Position numbers and translations under genes: made by a program
IMG/VR virus record: IMGVR_UViG_3300029922_000048
Source of the DNA: an uncultured virus (IMG/VR IMGVR_UViG_3300029922_000048)
Taxonomy: Duplodnaviria; Heunggongvirae; Uroviricota; Caudoviricetes
DNA: 64,000 nucleotides
Strand: one strand, 5' to 3'
The notes under the pieces: generated by a model
Told to the model about the DNA's origin: nothing
Seen by the model: only the letters and a program-made list of their open reading frames with translations
Database searches by the model: none
Shown here: piece after piece, positions 19,213-27,398 of the stretch
Position numbering within the stretch: the first letter of the stretch is position 1
Layout of the letters: every line of letters begins with the position of its first letter

Positions 19213-20262
19213 ATGCGAATAAAAATGGACCAGTCCTCAGACTTTTCAGGTGCCGAAATCCGCTCCTTCCTAAAACACGCCAGCGTTCCCGATTACGTAC
19301 TAGACGCCCCGGTCGATGATTTCGACATTCGTGATGCCCTCCCCAAGGAGGCATTCGCCGACCAAGGTCGCAAAGCTTTTCCGATCAACACTGCTGCCCG
19401 CACGTTCGTATCCAATGCTTACTTCACCCAGAAGCGTGCGGGTCTGCAGAAGCTTTATGGAACCGACTATGTCAAGGGCGTAGAGGACAACATCAAGCAG
19501 GCTGCAGAAATCCTTGGTATCGAGAAAGATATCGAGTCCTACAACACCGGTTTTAACGAGAAGCAGGCTGCCGATTACTCGGTCAAGCACGTTACCTCGA
19601 TGGACGTGGAAGGGCAGGAGTTGGAGCTATTCCCGTACAAGACCGCCGAGGATTTGAGCCTCGCCGCCACCCAATTCGCTACCAACACCCAGAGCTTCCC
19701 GATTGAGGAACGATACAAGATCGCGGAAGCCTTCATCAAGGCCGCTCGCGAGATTGGTTTGGACGAACTTCCTGATTTGATCGGCAAGTATGCAGGTATG
19801 TTCTACTCGACCCCCCAGATCATCCGCCAGGAATTGAAGTTCCGTTCTGGTCGTCTCAAGACCGCCGAGTCGAAGGACCTCTACTTGGGCAAACTGGCCA
19901 AGATGGCTGCTGAACTCGAAGACAACGACGATGTTCGGGCTATCGCGTCAGTGTGCTGGTACACCGAGAAGAACGAGGGGCTGTGGGACAACCCCAAGAC
20001 TGCTTCGCTCCTGGGTGACCCGGTCGATAAGTTTTTCCAGTTAGACATGTCAAAGGTGGCGAGCGAGCTTGACGTAGTTGAGGCCGGTGGGCGTATGTAC
20101 CGCATGGAGGACCTCCAGAAGGTCAGCGCAGACCTCTACAAGCAAGCATTCGGTATTGATGTTGATCCTACCGACAAGGAAAAGATCGCGGATATTTTCC
20201 CCACCATGCCCCATTCGGACATTACGTTGTTCCGAGAGCTTTCGGGCGTAACCCCTGTTTAA
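19213..20262 (+). CDS. K-x-A-rich protein, putative head/internal virion protein
   Basis: 349 aa; AFA...RKAFP motif; strong K-x-A enrichment. Confidence 0.55.
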   Translation: MRIKMDQSSDFSGAEIRSFLKHASVPDYVLDAPVDDFDIRDALPKEAFADQGRKAFPINTAARTFVSNAYFTQKRAGLQKLYGTDYVKGVEDNIKQAAEILGIEKDIESYNTGFNEKQAADYSVKHVTSMDVEGQELELFPYKTAEDLSLAATQFATNTQSFPIEERYKIAEAFIKAAREIGLDELPDLIGKYAGMFYSTPQIIRQELKFRSGRLKTAESKDLYLGKLAKMAAELEDNDDVRAIASVCWYTEKNEGLWDNPKTASLLGDPVDKFFQLDMSKVASELDVVEAGGRMYRMEDLQKVSADLYKQAFGIDVDPTDKEKIADIFPTMPHSDITLFRELSGVTPV

Positions 20263-20291
20263 TTCACCTACCATGTGTAGGAGGAGTTCCC

Positions 20292-20324
20292 GAGATCGTC
20301 TTACTGGCGATCTCTGCCTTTTTT
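20292..20324 (+). terminator. Rho-independent terminator
   Basis: GAGATCGTC-TTACT-GGCGATCTC stem-loop followed by TGCCTTTTTT. Confidence 0.7.
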
Positions 20325-20558
20325 ATGTATAACCCACAGTCCACGCCCGATTACGGGCAAATAGTGTGGCCCCCGAGTACACCAGGTTTCACACCTGATG
20401 ACCAAGCTCCAGGGCCTTGTTTCAGTCCAGATCATAATCCGCCAATGCATCTCTTCATTCCTATGGGTCAGAAATACACGCACAAGTGTTCGGGATGCGG
20501 TCAAGAGACCGTCATGCGCGGTTCGATGATAATTTGCAGTGCCGCAATACCGGTGTGA
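20325..20558 (+). CDS. Small Zn-ribbon-like protein
   Basis: C...HNPP...HKCSGCG. Confidence 0.45.
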   Translation: MYNPQSTPDYGQIVWPPSTPGFTPDDQAPGPCFSPDHNPPMHLFIPMGQKYTHKCSGCGQETVMRGSMIICSAAIPV

Positions 20559-20648
20559 GATCAAGCCTAATCTGCCGCTTTTGCGGTACAGAGCTAACAT
20601 CAGACGGTGCTCTCCGGCACAGTATGGAGTGCATTGCCCGTAAAGAGT

Positions 20649-20870
20649 ATGACGCAACAATACGAAGTCAACGAACAAGTGAATCGAGTGAGAGTGGCCA
20701 AGGAGATGTTGGCCCAAGAAGAAATGAAGTTGAACGATATGCATCAATCAGTTCACCTTCAACTGGAGATTGACCGTATGGTACTCCAATCTGATGTTCA
20801 TAGGGTCACCGCGTTCTTGAAGGACATGAGCACCCTGTTCACCAAGCATGAAATCGACACCCTACCGTAA
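20649..20870 (+). CDS. Small coiled-coil hypothetical protein
   Basis: TAATG coupling to next gene. Confidence 0.45.
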   Translation: MTQQYEVNEQVNRVRVAKEMLAQEEMKLNDMHQSVHLQLEIDRMVLQSDVHRVTAFLKDMSTLFTKHEIDTLP

Positions 20871-21160
20871 TGGCTAAGCTAAAGAAAAGGGCACCCCAGG
20901 TGGTGCTCTCCAGTTCAGGCGCTCTCTTTATGGAGGGCATGGCTAGAGAACTCCAACGCATCGAGAAAAAGGGCTACGTGATTCATTCGTGTCATGAAGC
21001 CTACGCAGTGTTGGAGGAGGAAGTTGACGAAGTCAAGGCGGTCGTCTGGAAGAAGCGGGAGAACCGCGATCTGAAGGAACTACGGCTGGAACTAATGCAG
21101 GTCGCCACAAATGCGATGCGGATGTGCCAGTACATTGATGAAACCCCTAAACCTCTGTAA
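20870..21160 (+). CDS. MazG-like all-alpha NTP pyrophosphohydrolase domain protein
   Basis: HEAYAVLEEEVDE...ELMQVAT.A.R motif. Confidence 0.65.
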   Translation: MAKLKKRAPQVVLSSSGALFMEGMARELQRIEKKGYVIHSCHEAYAVLEEEVDEVKAVVWKKRENRDLKELRLELMQVATNAMRMCQYIDETPKPL

Positions 21161-21162
21161 AT

Positions 21163-22221
21163 ATGGGCGGCAACGCTATTAAGAAATTCGGATACGAGGG
21201 CAAGCGCCTGTCCCGTGTAGATTATTGGAAGCTGGTTGCCAAGGTGAGGCGAGAGCTTGGTGACGTACTGCCCCGTCAAACGAGGTTTGACGTAATCCCA
21301 TCCTACTGGACTAAGGAGACATTTGGTGATCTCGATATGCTGATCGAGAACGTCAAGTATTACAACTTTCCAGAGATGATCATGGAGGTGTTTGGTGCGA
21401 CCCAGATATACAGCAACAACAATACCCACAGCTTTGCCATAAATGGATTCCAGGTGGACTTCATTGTGGTGGATAGGAGCATCTTCACACCGGCCTACCA
21501 TTACTTCTCATGGAACGACTGTGGCAATCTCTGTGGCTGCGTTTTCCACGGATTTGGATTGAAGTATGGTCATGAAGGGCTGCAGTACGTCGTAAGAGAA
21601 CGCACTGTCGGGTTATCGGACAATCTCAACAGCGCGGTACTGGCTACGGTGTCGTTGTCAAAGAACTGCCACGACATCCTGAAGTTCGGCGGGTTTGACC
21701 ATAAGCAGTTCGACAAGGGATTCAATACTTTGGAGGACATGTTCCACTGGGTAGCGAGTTCCAAGTACTTCAACGCTGACCAGTACAACCTTGACAAGCT
21801 CAACCACATTAACCGCACCCGTAATAGGAAGCGGTCCAGTTACACCAAGTTCCTGAAGTGGCTTGAGACCAACAAACACAAGTACGGTAAATACGAGTAC
21901 AACGAGGACTCATTGGTGTACTTACCTAAGGTTGAAGCGGCGTTCCCAGAACTCACTCAGGCTCTCAAGGACGCCAAGGAGGCATGCGAGGATCGTAGGT
22001 TTCAATCCAGCAAGTTCAACGGGCATCTCATTAAAGAGTGGGTAGACACCAGCACGTCAGTGGATTCCAGCAAGACACAGATAGGACAGTGGCTTTTTGG
22101 ATTCAAATATGAAGTAGAGGAAGTATTCGAAGTAAAATTCGACCAGTGGGTTCGAAGCCAAAATCATGACCAGGTCAAGCTGGCCTTCGTGAATTGGTAT
22201 CGCGGCAACCCACTAAAGTGA
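21163..22221 (+). CDS. Phage nucleotidyltransferase (Pol beta-like fold)
   Basis: MGGNA start, KETFGDLDML (G-D-x-D), FQVDFI third Asp, GLKYGHEGL. Confidence 0.7.
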   Translation: MGGNAIKKFGYEGKRLSRVDYWKLVAKVRRELGDVLPRQTRFDVIPSYWTKETFGDLDMLIENVKYYNFPEMIMEVFGATQIYSNNNTHSFAINGFQVDFIVVDRSIFTPAYHYFSWNDCGNLCGCVFHGFGLKYGHEGLQYVVRERTVGLSDNLNSAVLATVSLSKNCHDILKFGGFDHKQFDKGFNTLEDMFHWVASSKYFNADQYNLDKLNHINRTRNRKRSSYTKFLKWLETNKHKYGKYEYNEDSLVYLPKVEAAFPELTQALKDAKEACEDRRFQSSKFNGHLIKEWVDTSTSVDSSKTQIGQWLFGFKYEVEEVFEVKFDQWVRSQNHDQVKLAFVNWYRGNPLK

Positions 22222-22295
22222 TCGACCAACGTCGTTCACAAAACAAACTGCGAACGGTCGTAACCGTTCAAACATCATTAATTAACATACACTAT

Positions 22296-22721
22296 ATGTC
22301 TAATATCAATCCCCAGGCGGTCAAGATCACCGACAGCATCGAACAGAATCAAGGTTATATCAGCCCCGTCCAGGTCCTTCGCCAGGCTGGCAACAAGGTC
22401 AAGGTCATCCACTACCGTGCCTCTCGCGAGAAAGCCCTCAACGGTCACATGAAACTTATTCCGTCCTGGAATGTCACTAACGATCAGTTCTACCCGAAGG
22501 GTGGTTTGACACAGGTAAGTATCCAGACTCCCGAGGGTCATGAAGCCACTGGTGAGGTCAAATGCTCTCACCACGATCCCTATAACCGCCGTCTGGGCGT
22601 CAAGATCGCGGTGGGACGCGCCATCAAGGCCCTCCAGAAGTACCACAAGTGCGTCCCTCAGGAAGTCATCAACGCCGTTCTGAGCGGTAACCTTCCGACT
22701 CCCATCAAGATCACGACCTAA
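22296..22721 (+). CDS. Conserved phage hypothetical protein
   Basis: PKGG.T...G...CS..D.YNRRLG..IA.GRA motif. Confidence 0.6.
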   Translation: MSNINPQAVKITDSIEQNQGYISPVQVLRQAGNKVKVIHYRASREKALNGHMKLIPSWNVTNDQFYPKGGLTQVSIQTPEGHEATGEVKCSHHDPYNRRLGVKIAVGRAIKALQKYHKCVPQEVINAVLSGNLPTPIKITT

Positions 22722-22722
22722 T

Positions 22723-23964
22723 ATGGCCTTCACAAAAGACAAATCGGTCGAGAAGCGGGGTGTCGGGTCATTGCTGATCGGTCAACTCAAGGAACTGGTG
22801 ACTCACCCCCGCATGGAGGCCAAGACCGTCTGGAATATGGTCACTCTTCCTGGACCTGAATGGATGTGGGAGAAGGAGTTCTATGAGCAAATCTCTCCAG
22901 TCACCAAGAAGGAATTCCGACTCCATGCCTTCGAGAAATACCCGAAGGTCTACCGGGAGTGCACCGGCAGAATCGCAAGTCTCATTGGTGGTAGGGCGGA
23001 GGATTGGTACAACGCCCAGTATTACTTCGGCGACGTATTCAATAACCTCATTGTACAGCGTCCAGCTATCCTTTATCTGGACCTGTGCGGAGGTTTCTAT
23101 CCGGCGGGCTACTATCGCCTAGAAGCCTTCCTGGATGAATGTAAGGGTTCCTGCAAGTACCTGGCCATCACACTCAACGAGTCGTGGAGGCACAAGGGAC
23201 ATCCGGATTCCCATCGACCTGAATTCGAGGAATTCCATGCCGTGGCGGCTCGCCTAGAGGCTCAGGGCATGGATAAATCGCAGGTGATGCGAACCATGTT
23301 TCTGAACCTGATCCGCAAGTACTACCCCGGCTTCCAGGAAGTGTTTCATTGCCGCTACCGTAATGAGGGCAGCAACGACACCATGAACACCATGGCGGTA
23401 AACCTTAGTGGTGCCCCGCTCGCCAATGTTTACTTCGAAGACCGGGCTAGTCTCAGCTCAGACAAGATTCCTGCGTTGTTGATGCCCTCCGTTCGTAAAG
23501 CCGTCTACGATCTGATCGCTACTGGAGCTAGTGGGGTTGAGGTTATGAGGCAAACTAAGATCACCGCTAACCAGTTGGCCGGTTATCGCGCTGCCAAGAC
23601 CCGAGCGTCCGAGAAGCAAACCACAGTAGTCAAGAAGGACAATGCAGCCGCTCAACAGCTCATCGAGGAGGTGGCCAAGACCATTCCAATCGAGAAGGTA
23701 ATGGCTAGAATGACAGTGATCAAGAAGGACGATCCATTACTCAAGAGCTTCGGACCCGCTTTCGGGACCGCTATGTTCTCCGAGGCCGATTCCATATTCC
23801 ACATTCGTTCCTTCTACTCGCACGAGCAGCTGAAGGAGGATGGATGGTTGGAGCCTGTGGAGGGCCATCCTGGCATGGTGCAGTTGAGTCGCATGTACAT
23901 CGAGGAAGTGGGTATCCCGAAGGCCGACCAGGAGTTGGCCCGCATAACGAGGATCAGACGCTGA
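22723..23964 (+). CDS. Putative SAM-dependent methyltransferase-fold protein with HTH
   Basis: VTLPG, LHAFEK, FGDV, ILYLDLCG Rossmann-like motifs; later helix-turn-helix-like segment. Confidence 0.4.
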   Translation: MAFTKDKSVEKRGVGSLLIGQLKELVTHPRMEAKTVWNMVTLPGPEWMWEKEFYEQISPVTKKEFRLHAFEKYPKVYRECTGRIASLIGGRAEDWYNAQYYFGDVFNNLIVQRPAILYLDLCGGFYPAGYYRLEAFLDECKGSCKYLAITLNESWRHKGHPDSHRPEFEEFHAVAARLEAQGMDKSQVMRTMFLNLIRKYYPGFQEVFHCRYRNEGSNDTMNTMAVNLSGAPLANVYFEDRASLSSDKIPALLMPSVRKAVYDLIATGASGVEVMRQTKITANQLAGYRAAKTRASEKQTTVVKKDNAAAQQLIEEVAKTIPIEKVMARMTVIKKDDPLLKSFGPAFGTAMFSEADSIFHIRSFYSHEQLKEDGWLEPVEGHPGMVQLSRMYIEEVGIPKADQELARITRIRR

Positions 23965-24359
23965 TGGATATCATTCAGAATGCCGTTCAGGTCGTCTCGA
24001 CCGGCAGACTCATTGTAAGCGGCCACCGACACGATTATGTCGGTGGCTCCATCGACGAACGGGTGTTCGCCATCGACGGGGGTTGCAGTTACTTCAGGAG
24101 CACTGGAGCGCTTGACGAGCTTATCCAGGAGGGTAAGTTGCTGGACCTACGATTGACAGACGAAAACACCGTCGCGGAGTTAGCGGACAAGTGTATCTGG
24201 GGTACACTTGGACCGGGTGGTCATGGTCCCCACAGGTGGGTGTTTCTGAAGGATTGTGAAACACAACATCTGGAATATATCGAAACAAACCCCCGTATAT
24301 CGAAATCGCGCAACGCCGCAATCAAACTAATCCTAGAACGAAGAAAAAATGCCAGTTGA
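23964..24359 (+). CDS. Conserved phage hypothetical protein
   Basis: IIQNA...SGHRHDYV...AIDGG.SY.R and WGT.G..G motifs. Confidence 0.6.
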   Translation: MDIIQNAVQVVSTGRLIVSGHRHDYVGGSIDERVFAIDGGCSYFRSTGALDELIQEGKLLDLRLTDENTVAELADKCIWGTLGPGGHGPHRWVFLKDCETQHLEYIETNPRISKSRNAAIKLILERRKNAS

Positions 24360-24543
24360 TCAAGAGATTCTGTTTCGTAAGCACAAGGAGTACAACGATA
24401 CTCTCAAGACCGCCGAGCTGGCGTTCGTTCATGGGCTCAACCTAGACCCCACCAAGGCCAAATTCTTGGTGAACGCCGTCGCCGATGTGGTGGCGGCTAA
24501 ACTCGAACTCGACAAAGCAAACAAGGAGGCAAAAAATGCCTGA
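24349..24543 (+). CDS. Small hypothetical protein
   Basis: Overlaps both neighbours. Confidence 0.5.
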   Translation: MPVDQEILFRKHKEYNDTLKTAELAFVHGLNLDPTKAKFLVNAVADVVAAKLELDKANKEAKNA

Positions 24544-25727
24544 GATAACCGAACTTCCCGAGGTACTGACCAATGAGCCAGTTCTTCAGGAAGCCGACAC
24601 TACAGAAAAAAATGACAGCAAGACTCGTTCTCTGGCCACGATCCAGCGCATTGTGGGTCTCGACGCTATTCCTGGCGCTGATGCTATTGAGGTGGCGCAA
24701 ATCCTCGGATGGCACGTCGTCGTAAAGAAGGGTGAATTCAAGGTTGGAGACCTGTGCGTCTACATTCAGGTCGGGTCTGTGCTGCCTGATCGTCCTGAGT
24801 TTGACTTTCTCCGGAAAGCCGATTTTCGGATCAAGACCATCAAGCTCAGGAAGCAGATCAGCCAGGGGATCGCGTTCCCGCTTAGTATTCTTCCATCCTA
24901 CAGCCCACAGCCAGATGGAATGGTGTTGTACGATACTGGTACGTATGATGACACTGCAGAGTTTTGTGGCTGTTTTCGTGCCCTAGAGGGTAACGATGTG
25001 ACTGAATGTCCGCAAGTACATGCCCGCCAATGACGGGATCGTGAAAATCCGCAGTCACGTCCGTAAGGGTCGTCCCGAGAACTGGCCTAGCTTCCTCCAG
25101 AAGACTGATGAGGAGCGAATCCAGAACTGCTATGGGATCATCCAGAACTACATGGGCACGGAATTCTATTGGGCTGAAAAGCTCGATGGGCAGTCCTGTA
25201 CCATGTACTTGAAGGATGACGACTTCGGTGTGTGTAGCCGTAACTTTGACCTTGAACCTGAGCCTGGCGAACCCTTCTGGTCCACCGCCATTGAGATCAA
25301 GGCCGAGGAGAAGCTGCGTCAGGCTCGCCAGAGTAATTGGGATAGCGCCTCAAGCGCGTTGGAGTTCGCTGTCCAGGGTGAGCGGGTTGGTCCTGGTATT
25401 CAGGGTAATAAGCTTAAGCTGGAGAAAGTCCGGTTCTTCGTGTTCAACGTATTCTGTATCAGTTTCGGACGGTATTTCAACCGTAAGGAGCTGATTCATT
25501 TCTGCGAGAAATACGGATTCGAGACAGTCCCGCTCGGCGAACCCTTCATCCTGGGCCATACTGTCGATCAGCTGGTTGAGATGTCGAGTATCAAGAGTGC
25601 CCTCAACAAAGACGTTTGGGCCGAAGGTAAAGTATTCCGACCCACCACGGAAGCACACGAGCGCAATCTCGGTCGCGTTTCGTTCAAGGTCATTAATCCG
25701 ATGTTTGAATTAAAATTCAATGAGTAA
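24536..25727 (+). pseudogene. RNA ligase (DRB0094/Rnl5-like), split by a frameshift near 25007
   Basis: OB domain SLATIQRI...IPGADAIEVA..LGWHVVVKKGEF...KLRKQISQG in 24536..25033; ligase domain PSFLQKTDEERIQN, EKLDG, QGE, FFVFN, EGKV, SFKVI in 25020..25727. Confidence 0.8.
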
Positions 25728-25926
25728 AGAAAACGATAAGTATGTGCTGCTAGTAGGTGACAAGATAGTGGTCAAGGACCCGATCTTCGATCTTGAGGCC
25801 GCAATGGAGAAGGCCCGTGAAACAGCGAGTGACCACGGCGAAGGTACTGACGTGTATGTCGCCAAGCTGATCAAAGCTGTGCAGGTGAAATATCCGGCTG
25901 CACGGTATATTGTACGCGATGCTTGA
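25720..25926 (+). CDS. Small hypothetical protein
   Basis: Overlap-coupled ORF. Confidence 0.5.
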   Translation: MSKENDKYVLLVGDKIVVKDPIFDLEAAMEKARETASDHGEGTDVYVAKLIKAVQVKYPAARYIVRDA

Positions 25927-26110
25927 TTCCAACCAAGCGTTTCTGGAGAGCCTTAGGGTCGGCCTAGGGCTCTCCGATGGGCAGATAAACGAATTAACCC
26001 GTCTCTACCCCGCTCCCAAGGGGGAAGAGATAACCAAACAAGTAAGCGATCATATGCAGAACCAAAATGTAATCGATCTTGTACTCGACCCACTCAATTA
26101 TGCCTGGTAA
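25919..26110 (+). CDS. Small hypothetical protein
   Basis: Overlap-coupled ORF. Confidence 0.4.
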   Translation: MLDSNQAFLESLRVGLGLSDGQINELTRLYPAPKGEEITKQVSDHMQNQNVIDLVLDPLNYAW

Positions 26111-26351
26111 GGGGTGGAAGATTCAGACCTCCGGCATGGGAGACTGGGAGGACCTTGTCGATAGTGAGACTCAAGAATTTGAAACGTATCCAACCAAGAA
26201 GCGGGCCTTGGACGAAGTGCAGGACCTTCGAGACAGCCTGGATGGGACACGAGGCATGTTCAGGGTAGTATCGGTCGAGCAGGACGAACAGGAACGTGCT
26301 CAGGGTGCGAGGATGATCGCAACGGTTGCCAACGCCCTGGGGACGAGCTAA
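26100..26351 (+). CDS. Small hypothetical protein
   Basis: Overlap-coupled ORF. Confidence 0.45.
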   Translation: MPGKGWKIQTSGMGDWEDLVDSETQEFETYPTKKRALDEVQDLRDSLDGTRGMFRVVSVEQDEQERAQGARMIATVANALGTS

Positions 26352-26354
26352 ACT
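26326..26354 (+). promoter_or_regulatory. Promoter TTGCCA-N17-TAAACT, 5 nt before ATG
   Basis: -35 at 26326-26331, -10 at 26349-26354, ATG at 26360. Confidence 0.6.
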
Positions 26355-26359
26355 GAGAT

Positions 26360-26905
26360 ATGCTACCTGCACAAGTTTATAAAGATCAAGAAGCCCCAGC
26401 GGCTGCCCTGATGGTATGCCTGATCCGCCGTTATGGAGTGGAGGCTCTGGAGTGGGAACCTGAAGTGGCCCGGATGCAAATCAAGGACGACTACGGGATT
26501 GAACTTTCGCCTCTCAACAGTGATAAACTACAGGCAGCCATCCAGGTATTGATTGACGATAATTTTGAAACAGACTGGTTAACTTTTCAGAATATTTGTC
26601 ATGCATTCAGTAACGTCGCCGACTCGTTTGAGGATTTCGATCCACTGGAGCCGGAGGAGATTATAGTCGGCCTGGCTCAAGCGATGCTGATTCGTAACGA
26701 TGGTCCTAAGTTTCACGATCAAATCAGAGCCTACGTAGGTCAGGTGTTCTATAATCACGGGTACAGTAAAGCTCCCGAGCTTTTCCCATCTGCGATCATG
26801 CCTGCCTGCGTTCCGTCCGACGACACACAAAAAAACAAGACAATGGAGGAATTGTTTAACTTCCATATGGTAAGAACTACCGATTACCTTGAGTCATTAG
26901 GGTAG
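26360..26905 (+). CDS. Conserved large-phage hypothetical protein
   Basis: YG.EAL.WEPE...DKLQAAI...F...C.AF. Confidence 0.6.
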   Translation: MLPAQVYKDQEAPAAALMVCLIRRYGVEALEWEPEVARMQIKDDYGIELSPLNSDKLQAAIQVLIDDNFETDWLTFQNICHAFSNVADSFEDFDPLEPEEIIVGLAQAMLIRNDGPKFHDQIRAYVGQVFYNHGYSKAPELFPSAIMPACVPSDDTQKNKTMEELFNFHMVRTTDYLESLG

Positions 26906-26933
26906 CGGTTAACCTCTGACAAAGGAGACAGCA

Positions 26934-27398
26934 ATGACTTACTTGAAACGTGGTGTAGTGGCAGTGTTGGTCGCATTGGGGTTGTTATCGACAGCCCACG
27001 GGGGAATTGTCCAGCACACCAATTCGAAACAGCAACCTCCCAACCACGCTGCTACCAAGGACAATAAGGTACTGGCCCGTATTACCTACTACCGTGCTTG
27101 TGAAGATCACTACTCCTCCCAGGGGTTGACTTCAACAGGTGAGTCCTTGAAAACGGGGGTGTGTGCGGTAGACCCTCACCTGATACCGTTCCACAGTGAT
27201 GTCCACATCGAAGGCTTTGGTACCTACAAGGCTCTGGATAGTGGAAGCGCTGTGGTGTCCCGTAAGGCTGCCCGAGAAGCCGCCAGAACGAAAGCTGAGC
27301 ACAATGCGCTAGTGGTAGACATCTACTGCCGCAACGCTCACGAGCAAGCCAGCATGGAAGCCAGCCATCCGTTGTTTGCCTATATCTCGTGGGACTAG
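26934..27398 (+). CDS. Secreted 3D-domain (MltA-like double-psi barrel) peptidoglycan-active protein
   Basis: Signal peptide (AHG); ARITYY, TSTG, CAVDPHLIP, ALDSGSAV, VDIY carry the three Asp. Confidence 0.85.
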   Translation: MTYLKRGVVAVLVALGLLSTAHGGIVQHTNSKQQPPNHAATKDNKVLARITYYRACEDHYSSQGLTSTGESLKTGVCAVDPHLIPFHSDVHIEGFGTYKALDSGSAVVSRKAAREAARTKAEHNALVVDIYCRNAHEQASMEASHPLFAYISWD

